From assembly GCA_030635145.1 (NCBI GenBank), contig DAOVZK010000003.1:38732-102731 (forward strand): DNA of 64,000 nucleotides, read 5' to 3'. The notes under the pieces were generated by a model. The model did not search any database, had not been told where the DNA came from, and worked only from the letters and a program-made list of their open reading frames with translations. Every line of letters starts with the position of its first letter. Within the stretch, counting starts at the first letter, position 1. Below, piece by piece: positions 56,122 to 64,000 of this stretch. The stretch is from Planctomycetota bacterium (lineage in GTDB: Bacteria > Planctomycetota > Phycisphaerae > SM23-33). The position numbers were made by a program, and so were the translations under genes.

Positions 56122-56409
56122 TTATCCCCTTGAGAGGCAAACCGCGCACCAAGCTGCTATCATACTCAACAAGGCTATTACTGCTGCTACAACCGCGACA
56201 ACACTCGAACTGTGGGCGCTATTAGTCCGGATAACATCCCGAATTCGATCATGCAATTCTTCATTTGTAGCTGGTCTGTAACCATTGGCATTTCCCTTAG
56301 ATGTCTGTGTACATGCCCCAGCATCTTTTGCTAATTTTGTCAATTCCTCAAATTGCTCACTACTTTCTTTACTTGAAATACGCTTCAATTTTTTTCCAAT
56401 ACTATTCAT
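56122..56409 (-). CDS. AT-rich hypothetical protein with C-terminal TM helix
   Basis: 95-aa ORF whose start overlaps the upstream stop by 4 nt; low GC. Confidence 0.5.
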   Translation of the reverse strand: MNSIGKKLKRISSKESSEQFEELTKLAKDAGACTQTSKGNANGYRPATNEELHDRIRDVIRTNSAHSSSVVAVVAAVIALLSMIAAWCAVCLSRG

Positions 56410-56648
56410 TGCTCCTGTCCTTTCGTTTTGGTCCCATTATTCTTATCCCTGCCGTGTTTTCTGATGTAGAATCGCAGAATTTGGGGGAGGATGAGAATGA
56501 AGATGAGGAGGGCTATGCATATCTGGGGGTAGACATAAAGGCGGGGTTTGCGAAAGAAAATGGGGGCGAGAAATATTCCAAGAAGGAGGTAGATCCCACT
56601 GGTGAGGAGGAGGTATTTGATAATTTGTGCAGTTATTTTTGACATCAT
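56406..56648 (-). CDS. AT-rich small two-TM membrane protein
   Basis: MMSKITAQIIKYLLL...; two hydrophobic helices; translationally coupled to the next ORF. Confidence 0.5.
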   Translation of the reverse strand: MMSKITAQIIKYLLLTSGIYLLLGIFLAPIFFRKPRLYVYPQICIALLIFILILPQILRFYIRKHGRDKNNGTKTKGQEQ

Positions 56649-56677
56649 TTTTTTTCGGAATGACGCAGGGAGTCGCC

Positions 56678-56699
56678 GCCGCCCGTACGGGCGGCCTAC
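56678..56699 (-). repeat. GTAG-type REP sequence
   Basis: Reverse complement GTAG-GCCGCCCGTACGGGCGGC (perfect palindrome after GTAG). Confidence 0.6.
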
Positions 56700-56740
56700 A
56701 AAAAAATCCGTTTTGCCTTGTTGAAAACATGACTTTAGCT

Positions 56741-56817
56741 TGTCATTGCGAGGAGCGCAGCGACGCGGCAATCTAAGATATGAGAATCGAGATTGCTTCG
56801 CTACGCTCGCAATGACA
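56741..56817 (+). repeat. TGTCATTGCGAG...CTCGCAATGACA palindromic repeat, copy 3
   Basis: See 1152-1247 and 35020-35096. Confidence 0.9.
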
Positions 56818-56852
56818 TAAAAACATGCTTTCTACAGAGTATATTCAGTTTT

Positions 56853-58283
56853 TTACAGCTCAAACGAGTCGCCTTGTGCGGGTATATAGACGTTTTCGCA
56901 CCCAGCTTCGTTGAGAATCTTCTGCATGGCTATCGGCTGCGGGCCTTCTCCGTGGACCACGAATGCGCCTTTGAGTTTCGGGGCTAGCGGCGTGAAGGCT
57001 TTGATGAAATCGTTGGCGTCGGCGTGTGCGCTGAACCCGTTGAGAATTTCCACACGGGCCAGCAGCGGATAGAGCCGGCCGAAAATTTTCAGCTCCATCT
57101 TCCGCTCCACAATTCGCCGCCCCAACGTGTGCTGGGCCATGAAACCAACAACGCAGATCGAATTATTCTCGTCGGTAACGTTGTTTTTTAGATGGTGCAA
57201 AATTCGGCCTGCTTCGCACATGCCCGACGACGCGATGATAATGTGCGGTTCGGTCATGAAGTTCAGGGCCTTGGACTCCTTGACGTCGGTAATGTACTTG
57301 ATCAGCTTGCCGCCGAAAATCCCGCCCTCTTCCATCCAAAAGTCGCTGGCCTCGGTGTCGTAGCACTCAGGGTGCTTCTTGAAAATTTCCGTCGCGTTCG
57401 TACTCAACGGCGAGTCGACGAAAATCGGCAAGGGCTCGATCAGCCCTTCGTGAATCGCCTGCACGAGATAGTAGGCAACGTTCTGAGTTCGCCCGACGCT
57501 GAACGACGGGATGATAACCTTACCACCGCGCTCGACGGTTTGGTTTACGACGTCGGCGAGCTGATTTTTCATGTCGGTGGGGTTGTGGTGAATGCGATTG
57601 GCGTAGGTGCTTTCGGTAATCAGATAGTCAACCTCCGGCAGCGGGTCGGTGGGGTCGCGCAGAATCGGCATGTCAAATCGCCCAAGGTCGCCCGTGTACA
57701 AAATTCGCGTGGTGTCGCTGTTTTTTCCCAGCTCGACCAAAACACACGCCGACCCGAGAATGTGGCCAGCCTCAATAAACGTAGCCGTCGCGTTTTCGGC
57801 AATGGCAAACGGTTGATCGTAGGGAATGTGCTGAAAGTGGGCCATCGCGGCGTGGGCGTCTTCGACGGTGTAGAGCGGTTCGATTTCGTCGGCCTTGGTT
57901 TTGGCGCGTTTTTTGTTCCAGTAGGCGGCGTCTTCCTCTTGTATATGGCCCGAGTCGGCGAGCATGACTTCGCACAGGTCGCTGGTGGCGGGCGTGGCGA
58001 AAACCGTTCCGTCAAATCCACGTTTTACCAGCTGCGGAATGTTTCCGCTGTGGTCAATGTGCGCGTGAGACAACAGCAGTGTGTCGATTTCCTTCGGGGG
58101 GACGGGGAAGTTCTTGTTGTGTCCGAGGCCTTCGTGCCGCCGGCCCTGAAAAAGCCCACAGTCCATCGCGATGAGTTTGTCTTCCAGCTTCAGCAGGTGC
58201 ATGGAACCGGTTACTGTCTGGGCAGCACCGTGAAATATCAAAGATGGGGTGTGAGAACCAAATAACTTTTTGATCGTGCTCAT
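56853..58283 (-). CDS. Metallo-beta-lactamase/beta-CASP ribonuclease (YSH1-like)
   Basis: GAAQTVTGS, LSHAHIDHSG, AGHILGS, YTGDLG, ESTY, SSGMCEAGRILHHL, FSAHAD. Confidence 0.93.
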   Translation of the reverse strand: MSTIKKLFGSHTPSLIFHGAAQTVTGSMHLLKLEDKLIAMDCGLFQGRRHEGLGHNKNFPVPPKEIDTLLLSHAHIDHSGNIPQLVKRGFDGTVFATPATSDLCEVMLADSGHIQEEDAAYWNKKRAKTKADEIEPLYTVEDAHAAMAHFQHIPYDQPFAIAENATATFIEAGHILGSACVLVELGKNSDTTRILYTGDLGRFDMPILRDPTDPLPEVDYLITESTYANRIHHNPTDMKNQLADVVNQTVERGGKVIIPSFSVGRTQNVAYYLVQAIHEGLIEPLPIFVDSPLSTNATEIFKKHPECYDTEASDFWMEEGGIFGGKLIKYITDVKESKALNFMTEPHIIIASSGMCEAGRILHHLKNNVTDENNSICVVGFMAQHTLGRRIVERKMELKIFGRLYPLLARVEILNGFSAHADANDFIKAFTPLAPKLKGAFVVHGEGPQPIAMQKILNEAGCENVYIPAQGDSFEL

Positions 58284-58322
58284 GGTTACTTCTTTCTATT
58301 TGTGACAAACTATTTCAAGTTT

Positions 58323-58391
58323 GTAGGCCGGGTCTTGACCCGGCAAAATAATGGTGCTGCTAAAAAACCGCCGGGTCAAGACCCGGCCTAC
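58323..58391. repeat. GTAG-type REP doublet (REPIN)
   Basis: GTAGGCCGGGTCTTGACCCGGC and its exact reverse complement GCCGGGTCAAGACCCGGCCTAC separated by 25 nt. Confidence 0.9.
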
Positions 58392-58395
58392 GCAT

Positions 58396-60045
58396 TCATC
58401 TTTCTTCGATTATTTCCGTCAGGAGATATTGATGCTTGTATTGTTCTGATCGGCCTTTTTTGCGGCGGATATTTTCGTGTTCGATTTTCGCAAGCGTCCC
58501 AGCCGCCAGCAGCACGACCTGGATCGGGCCTAACCGGTCGGAATGGCATTTCGAGGCGTATTCAATATTCAAACCCCGCAGGGCAGCGTCGAATTCGTCG
58601 CGAATTTGCTCGGCCTGCTGCGCGGAGTCGGCCTCGAGTCGCAATTCGTAATGCGGCGGCGCGGCGAACCGGCCCTGAACAACAAACCGCTCGATACCTA
58701 AGCCCAACTTGCTGCGAACCTGCGACATGGCCTGCACCACCTGATGCTCGGTCAACTTCTCGCCCGTAATGCTCGACGTATGCAACCCGCGCGACAAAAA
58801 TTCAAACACCGGGCTTTGTCCGCACATGCCAGTTACGCGAATTCGGTCGTCGAGATTGTAGCGGAACAACCCGGCTTGGTTGCTGACGACCAAAAAGTAC
58901 TCAGCCCCAACCTGCAGTTCGTGCGCCCGCAAAATTGGGGGACTCGCCTCGCCGTAATTTTCGGCTGGGATGAACTCGAGGAAGCTCGACGTAATTTCCG
59001 CCACGCCGGCGGCGGTGTTTTTCTCCAGCGGTACACTAAACCGACCTTCGCTGGCCAACAATCCGATATCATATACCGGCAGGTCGCCGTAAAGCTCTCG
59101 CAGCTGGTGGAAATACAATTTCAGCGTGCCACCCGTCCAGTTCGTCAGAAACGACAAATTCCAGAAATGCCGCGGGAGCAATTTGCCATCGGCAGCGATC
59201 CCGGCTTCAAGCTGTTTGGCGAGCTTCGGATTCGGCTTGAACTTTTTCGCTTTGGTTTTTTCCACGATTCCCGATTCAATTTCACCGGGCGGATTGAACG
59301 TTCCGTCGGTGATATCGCGGATAAGCTGCTCGCTGAACCGCTGGCCGGTCTCGATGAGCTTAATCGTGCTCGACGGATTCGCCGTTGTGATAAACGCCAC
59401 GTCTTTGTCGATGCTGTATCGCAGCAGCGAGTAGAATCGCGTGTCGGGGTTGTGTAGTTCAGTTATCCACGACGGGGTGCAGTACATGCGGCGGACGATT
59501 TTCTTTTGCGTTTGGGCGAGCAGTCCGCTGATGGCACCGCAGGGCAGACCGGTGGGGCTGGTTTCTTCGTGCATGGACGACGAAATTTGCACGATCGGGC
59601 GCAGCCATGCGTCGGGCTGATTTTGCAGAACGTTGATGCCGAACAGGTTCCATCCGCGGCGGATAGTGTCGAGAAATTGTTGAGTAACGGGAATGTATTT
59701 CGGCTCGCCGGTGGTTCCGCTGGTCATGGAGAACATCAGCACGGGCTGATCTGCTGGTAGCAATGCGGTGGTTTCGCCCTGCAGCACGCGGTCGACGTAA
59801 GGGCGTAGCTGCGAATAGTCGCGAACCGGCACGGCCTCGGTGAAATCTTTGTAGTTTGCGATTTTCGCGAATCCATGGTCGCGGCCGAAAGCTGTTTCGC
59901 GATGCGCGGCCAACAACTGCTGCAAAAAATCGTCCTGCGTTTGCTTCGTGTGTTCGTGGGCGCGCATGAAGCTTTTCAGCTCGCGTCGCGCGCTCCATGC
60001 ACCGACTCTTGCGATCGGGCGGAGGATGGTTTGGCGAAGGCTCAT
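58396..60045 (-). CDS. GH3-family (auxin-responsive-type) acyl-adenylating amido synthetase
   Basis: MTSGTTGEPKYIP, LLASEG, NQAGLFRYNLDD, GEKLTE. Confidence 0.9.
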   Translation of the reverse strand: MSLRQTILRPIARVGAWSARRELKSFMRAHEHTKQTQDDFLQQLLAAHRETAFGRDHGFAKIANYKDFTEAVPVRDYSQLRPYVDRVLQGETTALLPADQPVLMFSMTSGTTGEPKYIPVTQQFLDTIRRGWNLFGINVLQNQPDAWLRPIVQISSSMHEETSPTGLPCGAISGLLAQTQKKIVRRMYCTPSWITELHNPDTRFYSLLRYSIDKDVAFITTANPSSTIKLIETGQRFSEQLIRDITDGTFNPPGEIESGIVEKTKAKKFKPNPKLAKQLEAGIAADGKLLPRHFWNLSFLTNWTGGTLKLYFHQLRELYGDLPVYDIGLLASEGRFSVPLEKNTAAGVAEITSSFLEFIPAENYGEASPPILRAHELQVGAEYFLVVSNQAGLFRYNLDDRIRVTGMCGQSPVFEFLSRGLHTSSITGEKLTEHQVVQAMSQVRSKLGLGIERFVVQGRFAAPPHYELRLEADSAQQAEQIRDEFDAALRGLNIEYASKCHSDRLGPIQVVLLAAGTLAKIEHENIRRKKGRSEQYKHQYLLTEIIEER

Positions 60046-60056
60046 GGTACGAATTC

Positions 60057-61115
60057 CTACTCTGCCTCGGTTCCGCCGGGATCAGCCGAGATTTTACTCT
60101 CGGGAACATCTTCGTTGTTGAGGTGCTTGTCAAAAAACGCCACCGTTCGCGACGCGTAGGCATCGGGTGCGATGATCGCGGCCTGGTTGTGCTTGGCCTT
60201 GTTGACAATCCACATATATTTCGGTTCCGGGGCGGCGGCGTGCAACAGCTCGGTCTGGTCGACGCGAATATAGCTGTCGCGCTGCCCGTGAATGAACAGT
60301 ATCGGCCGAGGTTCCATCTCCTTAAGGGCCTTGCGAACCGACGGAAACCGCCGTCCGAGTTTCGGCTGTGCGAATCGCATGAGTAACCACAGCAGCAGCC
60401 TCCAGAAAACCTCGGGGTAGTTGGTTTTGAGCACCTTTATCGCTTCGAAGATCGACGCCCAGCGTTTCATCAGTGCAATTAGTGTGGTGTCGGTGCTGAA
60501 TGCTCCGTCGCAGACGATGGCCTTGATTCGCGAGTCGCTCGCCGCAGCCAGCAGCCCGCTACCCGCACCCCTGCTAATGCCGAACAGCCCGATGTCTTGC
60601 GATTTTCCGTCCTCGGCGAGTTGGGTTTGGATATACGCACACGCACCAAGCGCGTCGCCGAGTTCTTTATCGCTGGGCCATTGCACGGGGCGGTAGTCTA
60701 CATCCCCGGACTCCCCGTGCGCGCGGAAGTCGAAGGTGAAGATGTCGTATCCGCTTTCCATCAGCGCCTTGGTGTAGCGGGCACAGCTGTACATGTCGGA
60801 TCCGTATTCGTGGCAAAACACGATGGTGCCTTTGTAGTCGGTGCCTTCGGTGCGGGATAGGAGCATTCCGCGGAGGCTTGTTCCGTCGAAGCTGCGGAAG
60901 CGGACGATTTCGCCTTGTTGTTCTTCAAAGTCGCGGGGTTTGTGCGACATCGGGGGTGGGGTGTCGACGAAAATATTGAGGCAAATTTTGACGTAGTATC
61001 CCAGCAACCACATCGCCGCGATCAGCAGCGACGCGCAGGTAATGGCGATGGCGAGAATCGCCCAATGGTCGCTTACCCATGTCCAAAAACCCAGGATTAT
61101 CGGAAGTTCTACCAA
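60057..61115 (-). CDS. Membrane-anchored alpha/beta hydrolase
   Basis: N-terminal TM; FCHEYG, FDFRAHGES, GISRGA nucleophile elbow, FIHGQRD, HNQ. TTG start with GGAG 7 nt upstream; the ORF track starts at 61187. Confidence 0.85.
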   Translation of the reverse strand: MVELPIILGFWTWVSDHWAILAIAITCASLLIAAMWLLGYYVKICLNIFVDTPPPMSHKPRDFEEQQGEIVRFRSFDGTSLRGMLLSRTEGTDYKGTIVFCHEYGSDMYSCARYTKALMESGYDIFTFDFRAHGESGDVDYRPVQWPSDKELGDALGACAYIQTQLAEDGKSQDIGLFGISRGAGSGLLAAASDSRIKAIVCDGAFSTDTTLIALMKRWASIFEAIKVLKTNYPEVFWRLLLWLLMRFAQPKLGRRFPSVRKALKEMEPRPILFIHGQRDSYIRVDQTELLHAAAPEPKYMWIVNKAKHNQAAIIAPDAYASRTVAFFDKHLNNEDVPESKISADPGGTEAE

Positions 61116-61257
61116 ATTCGCACTCCGCGGTGGCCACTCGGCCAATATTACCCGACGAGGATACCCGAAAAAGCAGCAAAAAATCAAGGACTAACGGCGG
61201 GAAGGTTGGGGCGGTAAGAAGCTGGTAAAATTTGGCCGCGGTGGATACCATGTCGGC

Positions 61258-63534
61258 ATGGGTATGTTGTTTGGAAATTTTGAAGATGGCGATGCCCCAC
61301 CACCGGCGGAGACACAAAGCGACTGCACCGTAGTTGCCGTTGCGCTCAACGCCAATGTTTGGGGGCAGTACAGTTATCTTTTCCCCGCCGCGATGGGCGA
61401 GGTGTTTGTCGGGCAACGAGTGAAGGTACCTTTCGGCCGAGGGAATCGCGAAACGCTGGGGTTCGTTACGCAAATCGCCCCGCCGGTAACCGCGCACAAA
61501 CTAAAACCCATCGCAAGCGTCGTCGACAAGACCCCGCAATTCGACAGCAGCATGTTGGAGCTGGGCAAGTGGATCAGCAGTTATTATTTAACCCCGCTGG
61601 GCATGACGTTGGCCGGAATGATACCGTCGGTAATTGGAAAAATTGCTCCGAAGCATCAGACGGTGGTGTTTCTCAACGCCCCGCGTGGCGATTGGCCGAC
61701 ATCGCTGGGGCTGCGGCAGTCGAAAATTCTCGACGAACTGCTCGAGGCGAAAAAACAAGGCGTCGAACCCTTACCGCTCGAGGCGTTGGTGCGACATAGC
61801 GGTGGCGGGCGCGACACCATCCGCCGCCTGCTGAAACGCGAACTTATCCGCACCGAAATGCGCGAAGTGAAAATCGAAGATCATTCCGTCGGGCCCGACG
61901 GGGTGGCGGAAGATCCGTTTGAACTGAACGAAGATCAAAAAAATGTGCTGGCGGGGATTGAACCTAAGCTGACGGCTGGGAAATTTTCGGCGACGCTGCT
62001 GCATGGTGTCACCGGCAGCGGAAAGACGGAAGTTTACGTCCGCGCGATTCGCGAAGTTGTCGCCGCCGGGAAGCAGGCGATTTTGCTGTCACCGGAAATC
62101 GCACTGGCCACACAAACGATGCAACGGCTGATCAGCCGCCTGCCGCGGGTGGCTGTGCTGCATAGCGGGCTGGCACCGTCGCAGCGGGCGTTTTACTGGG
62201 AGCAGATCCGCAATGGTTCCGCCTCGGTCGTCGTCGGCCCGCGAAGTGCGATATTCGCGCCGATTTCTACCGAGCGGTTGGGGCTGATAATCGTCGACGA
62301 GGAGCATGAGTCGAGCTACAAGCAGGACACCGCCCCGCGATATCACGGGAGAGATGTGGCGGTAAAACGCGCGGCGATTTCAAATGCACCGATCGTTCTC
62401 GGGTCGGCGACACCGTCGATGGAGTCGCTGCACAACGCGCAGCAGGGAAAGTACTCGCTCGAAAAACTTCCCTCGCGCGTGCGAAACCTCCCCATGCCGA
62501 AATTGGAAATCGTTCACCTGAGGCGCGAAATGTCGAAGGGCGCCATCGAGCTGCTCGGTGCCACGCTGACTCGCAAAATCGCCGGCGCACTCGACCGCGA
62601 GGAACAAACGATACTGCTCATGAATCGCCGCGGATACGCCAGCTACATTTTCTGCCCGTCGTGCCAATGGATGATGGAATGCGACAGCTGCGTCCGCCCG
62701 ATGGTCTATCACCAGTCGCTGCAAATGGTCATCTGCCATCACTGCGACAAACGCACACTCGTTCCGCCGGCCTGCCCGGCGTGCAAAAAAAAGATCGTGC
62801 TGTTCGGTTACGGCATTCAGCGGATCGAAGACGAACTCGCACGAAAATTTCCCGTCGCCCGCGTTGCCCGAATGGACAGCGATACGATGACCTCGCCCAA
62901 GCAGTTCCAGAAAGTGCTGGGCGAGTTTGGGGAAGGCAAGATCGATATTCTGCTGGGTACGCAGATGGTGGCCAAGGGTCTGGACTTCCCGAAAGTTTCG
63001 CTCGTGGGAATCGTCTCAGCCGACACCTCGCTGATGGTGCACGACTTTCGCGCGTCGGAGCGAACGTTTCAGCTTATCGTTCAAGTTGCCGGCCGGGCCG
63101 GCCGCGGAGATGTGCCCGGTGAAGTCGTCGTCCAAACATTGCACGCAGACGACCCGGCGATTACCTTCGCGGAACATCACGACTACGAAAAATTCGCCGA
63201 GTTTGAACTGGCTGACCGGCGTGAGGGGCACTTACCCCCGTTTGCGAGAATGGTTCGCTTTGTCGTGCGGTCTGCCAAAAGCGATGTTGCGGAGTCAGGA
63301 GCAGAAAAACTCACGCAGATACTCAAGCAAACGCTACCAAACGAAGGGGTGCAAATTATCGGGCCAAGCCCAGCGGAGTTCATCAAAATCCGCAACATGT
63401 TCCGCTTCGATATTCTGCTGATTTGCGATAAACCGGGCGTTGTGCAGCAGGTGTTGCACGGCCAGATGGGCAGCATCGCACACGACATCCACGCCGAAAT
63501 TCTCACAGACGTCGACCCGATGAATTTGCTGTAA
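61258..63534 (+). CDS. priA: Primosomal protein N' (replication restart helicase)
   Basis: LHGVTGSGKTEVY, VDEEHE, LGSATPS, NRRGY, four CxxC pairs, GTQMVAKGLDFP, QVAGRAGR. Confidence 0.97.
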   Translation: MGMLFGNFEDGDAPPPAETQSDCTVVAVALNANVWGQYSYLFPAAMGEVFVGQRVKVPFGRGNRETLGFVTQIAPPVTAHKLKPIASVVDKTPQFDSSMLELGKWISSYYLTPLGMTLAGMIPSVIGKIAPKHQTVVFLNAPRGDWPTSLGLRQSKILDELLEAKKQGVEPLPLEALVRHSGGGRDTIRRLLKRELIRTEMREVKIEDHSVGPDGVAEDPFELNEDQKNVLAGIEPKLTAGKFSATLLHGVTGSGKTEVYVRAIREVVAAGKQAILLSPEIALATQTMQRLISRLPRVAVLHSGLAPSQRAFYWEQIRNGSASVVVGPRSAIFAPISTERLGLIIVDEEHESSYKQDTAPRYHGRDVAVKRAAISNAPIVLGSATPSMESLHNAQQGKYSLEKLPSRVRNLPMPKLEIVHLRREMSKGAIELLGATLTRKIAGALDREEQTILLMNRRGYASYIFCPSCQWMMECDSCVRPMVYHQSLQMVICHHCDKRTLVPPACPACKKKIVLFGYGIQRIEDELARKFPVARVARMDSDTMTSPKQFQKVLGEFGEGKIDILLGTQMVAKGLDFPKVSLVGIVSADTSLMVHDFRASERTFQLIVQVAGRAGRGDVPGEVVVQTLHADDPAITFAEHHDYEKFAEFELADRREGHLPPFARMVRFVVRSAKSDVAESGAEKLTQILKQTLPNEGVQIIGPSPAEFIKIRNMFRFDILLICDKPGVVQQVLHGQMGSIAHDIHAEILTDVDPMNLL

Positions 63535-63543
63535 CGGCGGGCG

Positions 63544-63999
63544 CTAGACGATTTGCAATGGGTCGCGGTCGGTTTTTGAGAGAATGGTTTCCAGCTGCGG
63601 GTGGACGGATTTTACGCGTGCGGCTAGCTGCGCAAGTGCGATGCGTTCGGAGTTTGAATGCCCAACGCAAACGCAGATAAGTCCGGCGGTGGCGGCGGCG
63701 AGTGCCTCGTGATGCCGCATTTCGCCCGTCAGATAGAATGTTGCACCGGCGGCGGCGGCGGATTTCCACATTGCTCCGCACGACCCGGCGGCCACGGCGG
63801 CGATTTCAATTTTCGCTTTGGATTTCGGATCACCGGCCACCAGCACCTTGTCCACACCGAGGGTTTTGCGAATTTTCGCGATCAGTGTCGCCACCGTTAT
63901 CGCCCGAGGTAGCTTGCCAACTCGCCCCTGCCCGACGGTTGTGCTGGATGCGATCAGCGGGTAGATATCGACGGCCGGTTCTTCGTAGCTGTGGGCGGA
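63544..63999 (-). CDS. NIF3-like dinuclear metal centre protein (YqfO/YbgI type), 3' part; 5' end outside window
   Basis: HSYEEPAVDIYPL...GQGRVG, AGSCG, YLTGEMRHHEAL, GHSNSE. Confidence 0.9.
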   Translation of the reverse strand, partial: SAHSYEEPAVDIYPLIASSTTVGQGRVGKLPRAITVATLIAKIRKTLGVDKVLVAGDPKSKAKIEIAAVAAGSCGAMWKSAAAAGATFYLTGEMRHHEALAAATAGLICVCVGHSNSERIALAQLAARVKSVHPQLETILSKTDRDPLQIV

Positions 64000-64000
64000 G

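Overview
A 64 kb gene-dense bacterial chromosomal segment, roughly mid-50s % GC by eye with several AT-rich single-gene inserts. It is most consistent with Planctomycetota, probably class Phycisphaerae (inference from a spirochete/planctomycete/deltaproteobacterial-type EF-G, a DUF1559-like prepilin-type gene, and TTQP-rich tails on exported proteins). About 50 CDS are supported. Housekeeping genes include lon (partial), fusA, truA, truD, coaX, an mnmE-like GTPase, gyrB, rsgA, pgi, thrC, nth, priA and a NIF3 gene (partial). Anaerobe/cofactor genes include ccsA, a RACo-type corrinoid activator, PduO, hypE and a B12 radical SAM enzyme. There are also two histidine kinases, higBA, an MNT-HEPN fusion and an AraC/oxidoreductase/aminotransferase cluster. 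No rRNA, tRNA, CRISPR array, transposase or integrase was seen. The most notable observations are: (1) a ~78-nt non-coding element in three full copies, each in sense orientation just upstream of an unrelated gene (fusA, pduO, nth), with two hairpins and apparent covariation; (2) a 1578-aa fusion of an indolepyruvate:ferredoxin oxidoreductase-type enzyme with a GltD-like flavoprotein; (3) a GH3 acyl-amido synthetase coupled to a membrane-anchored hydrolase; (4) several families of short palindromic non-autonomous repeats in the intergenic DNA. All assignments come from reading motifs by eye; no database searches were run.
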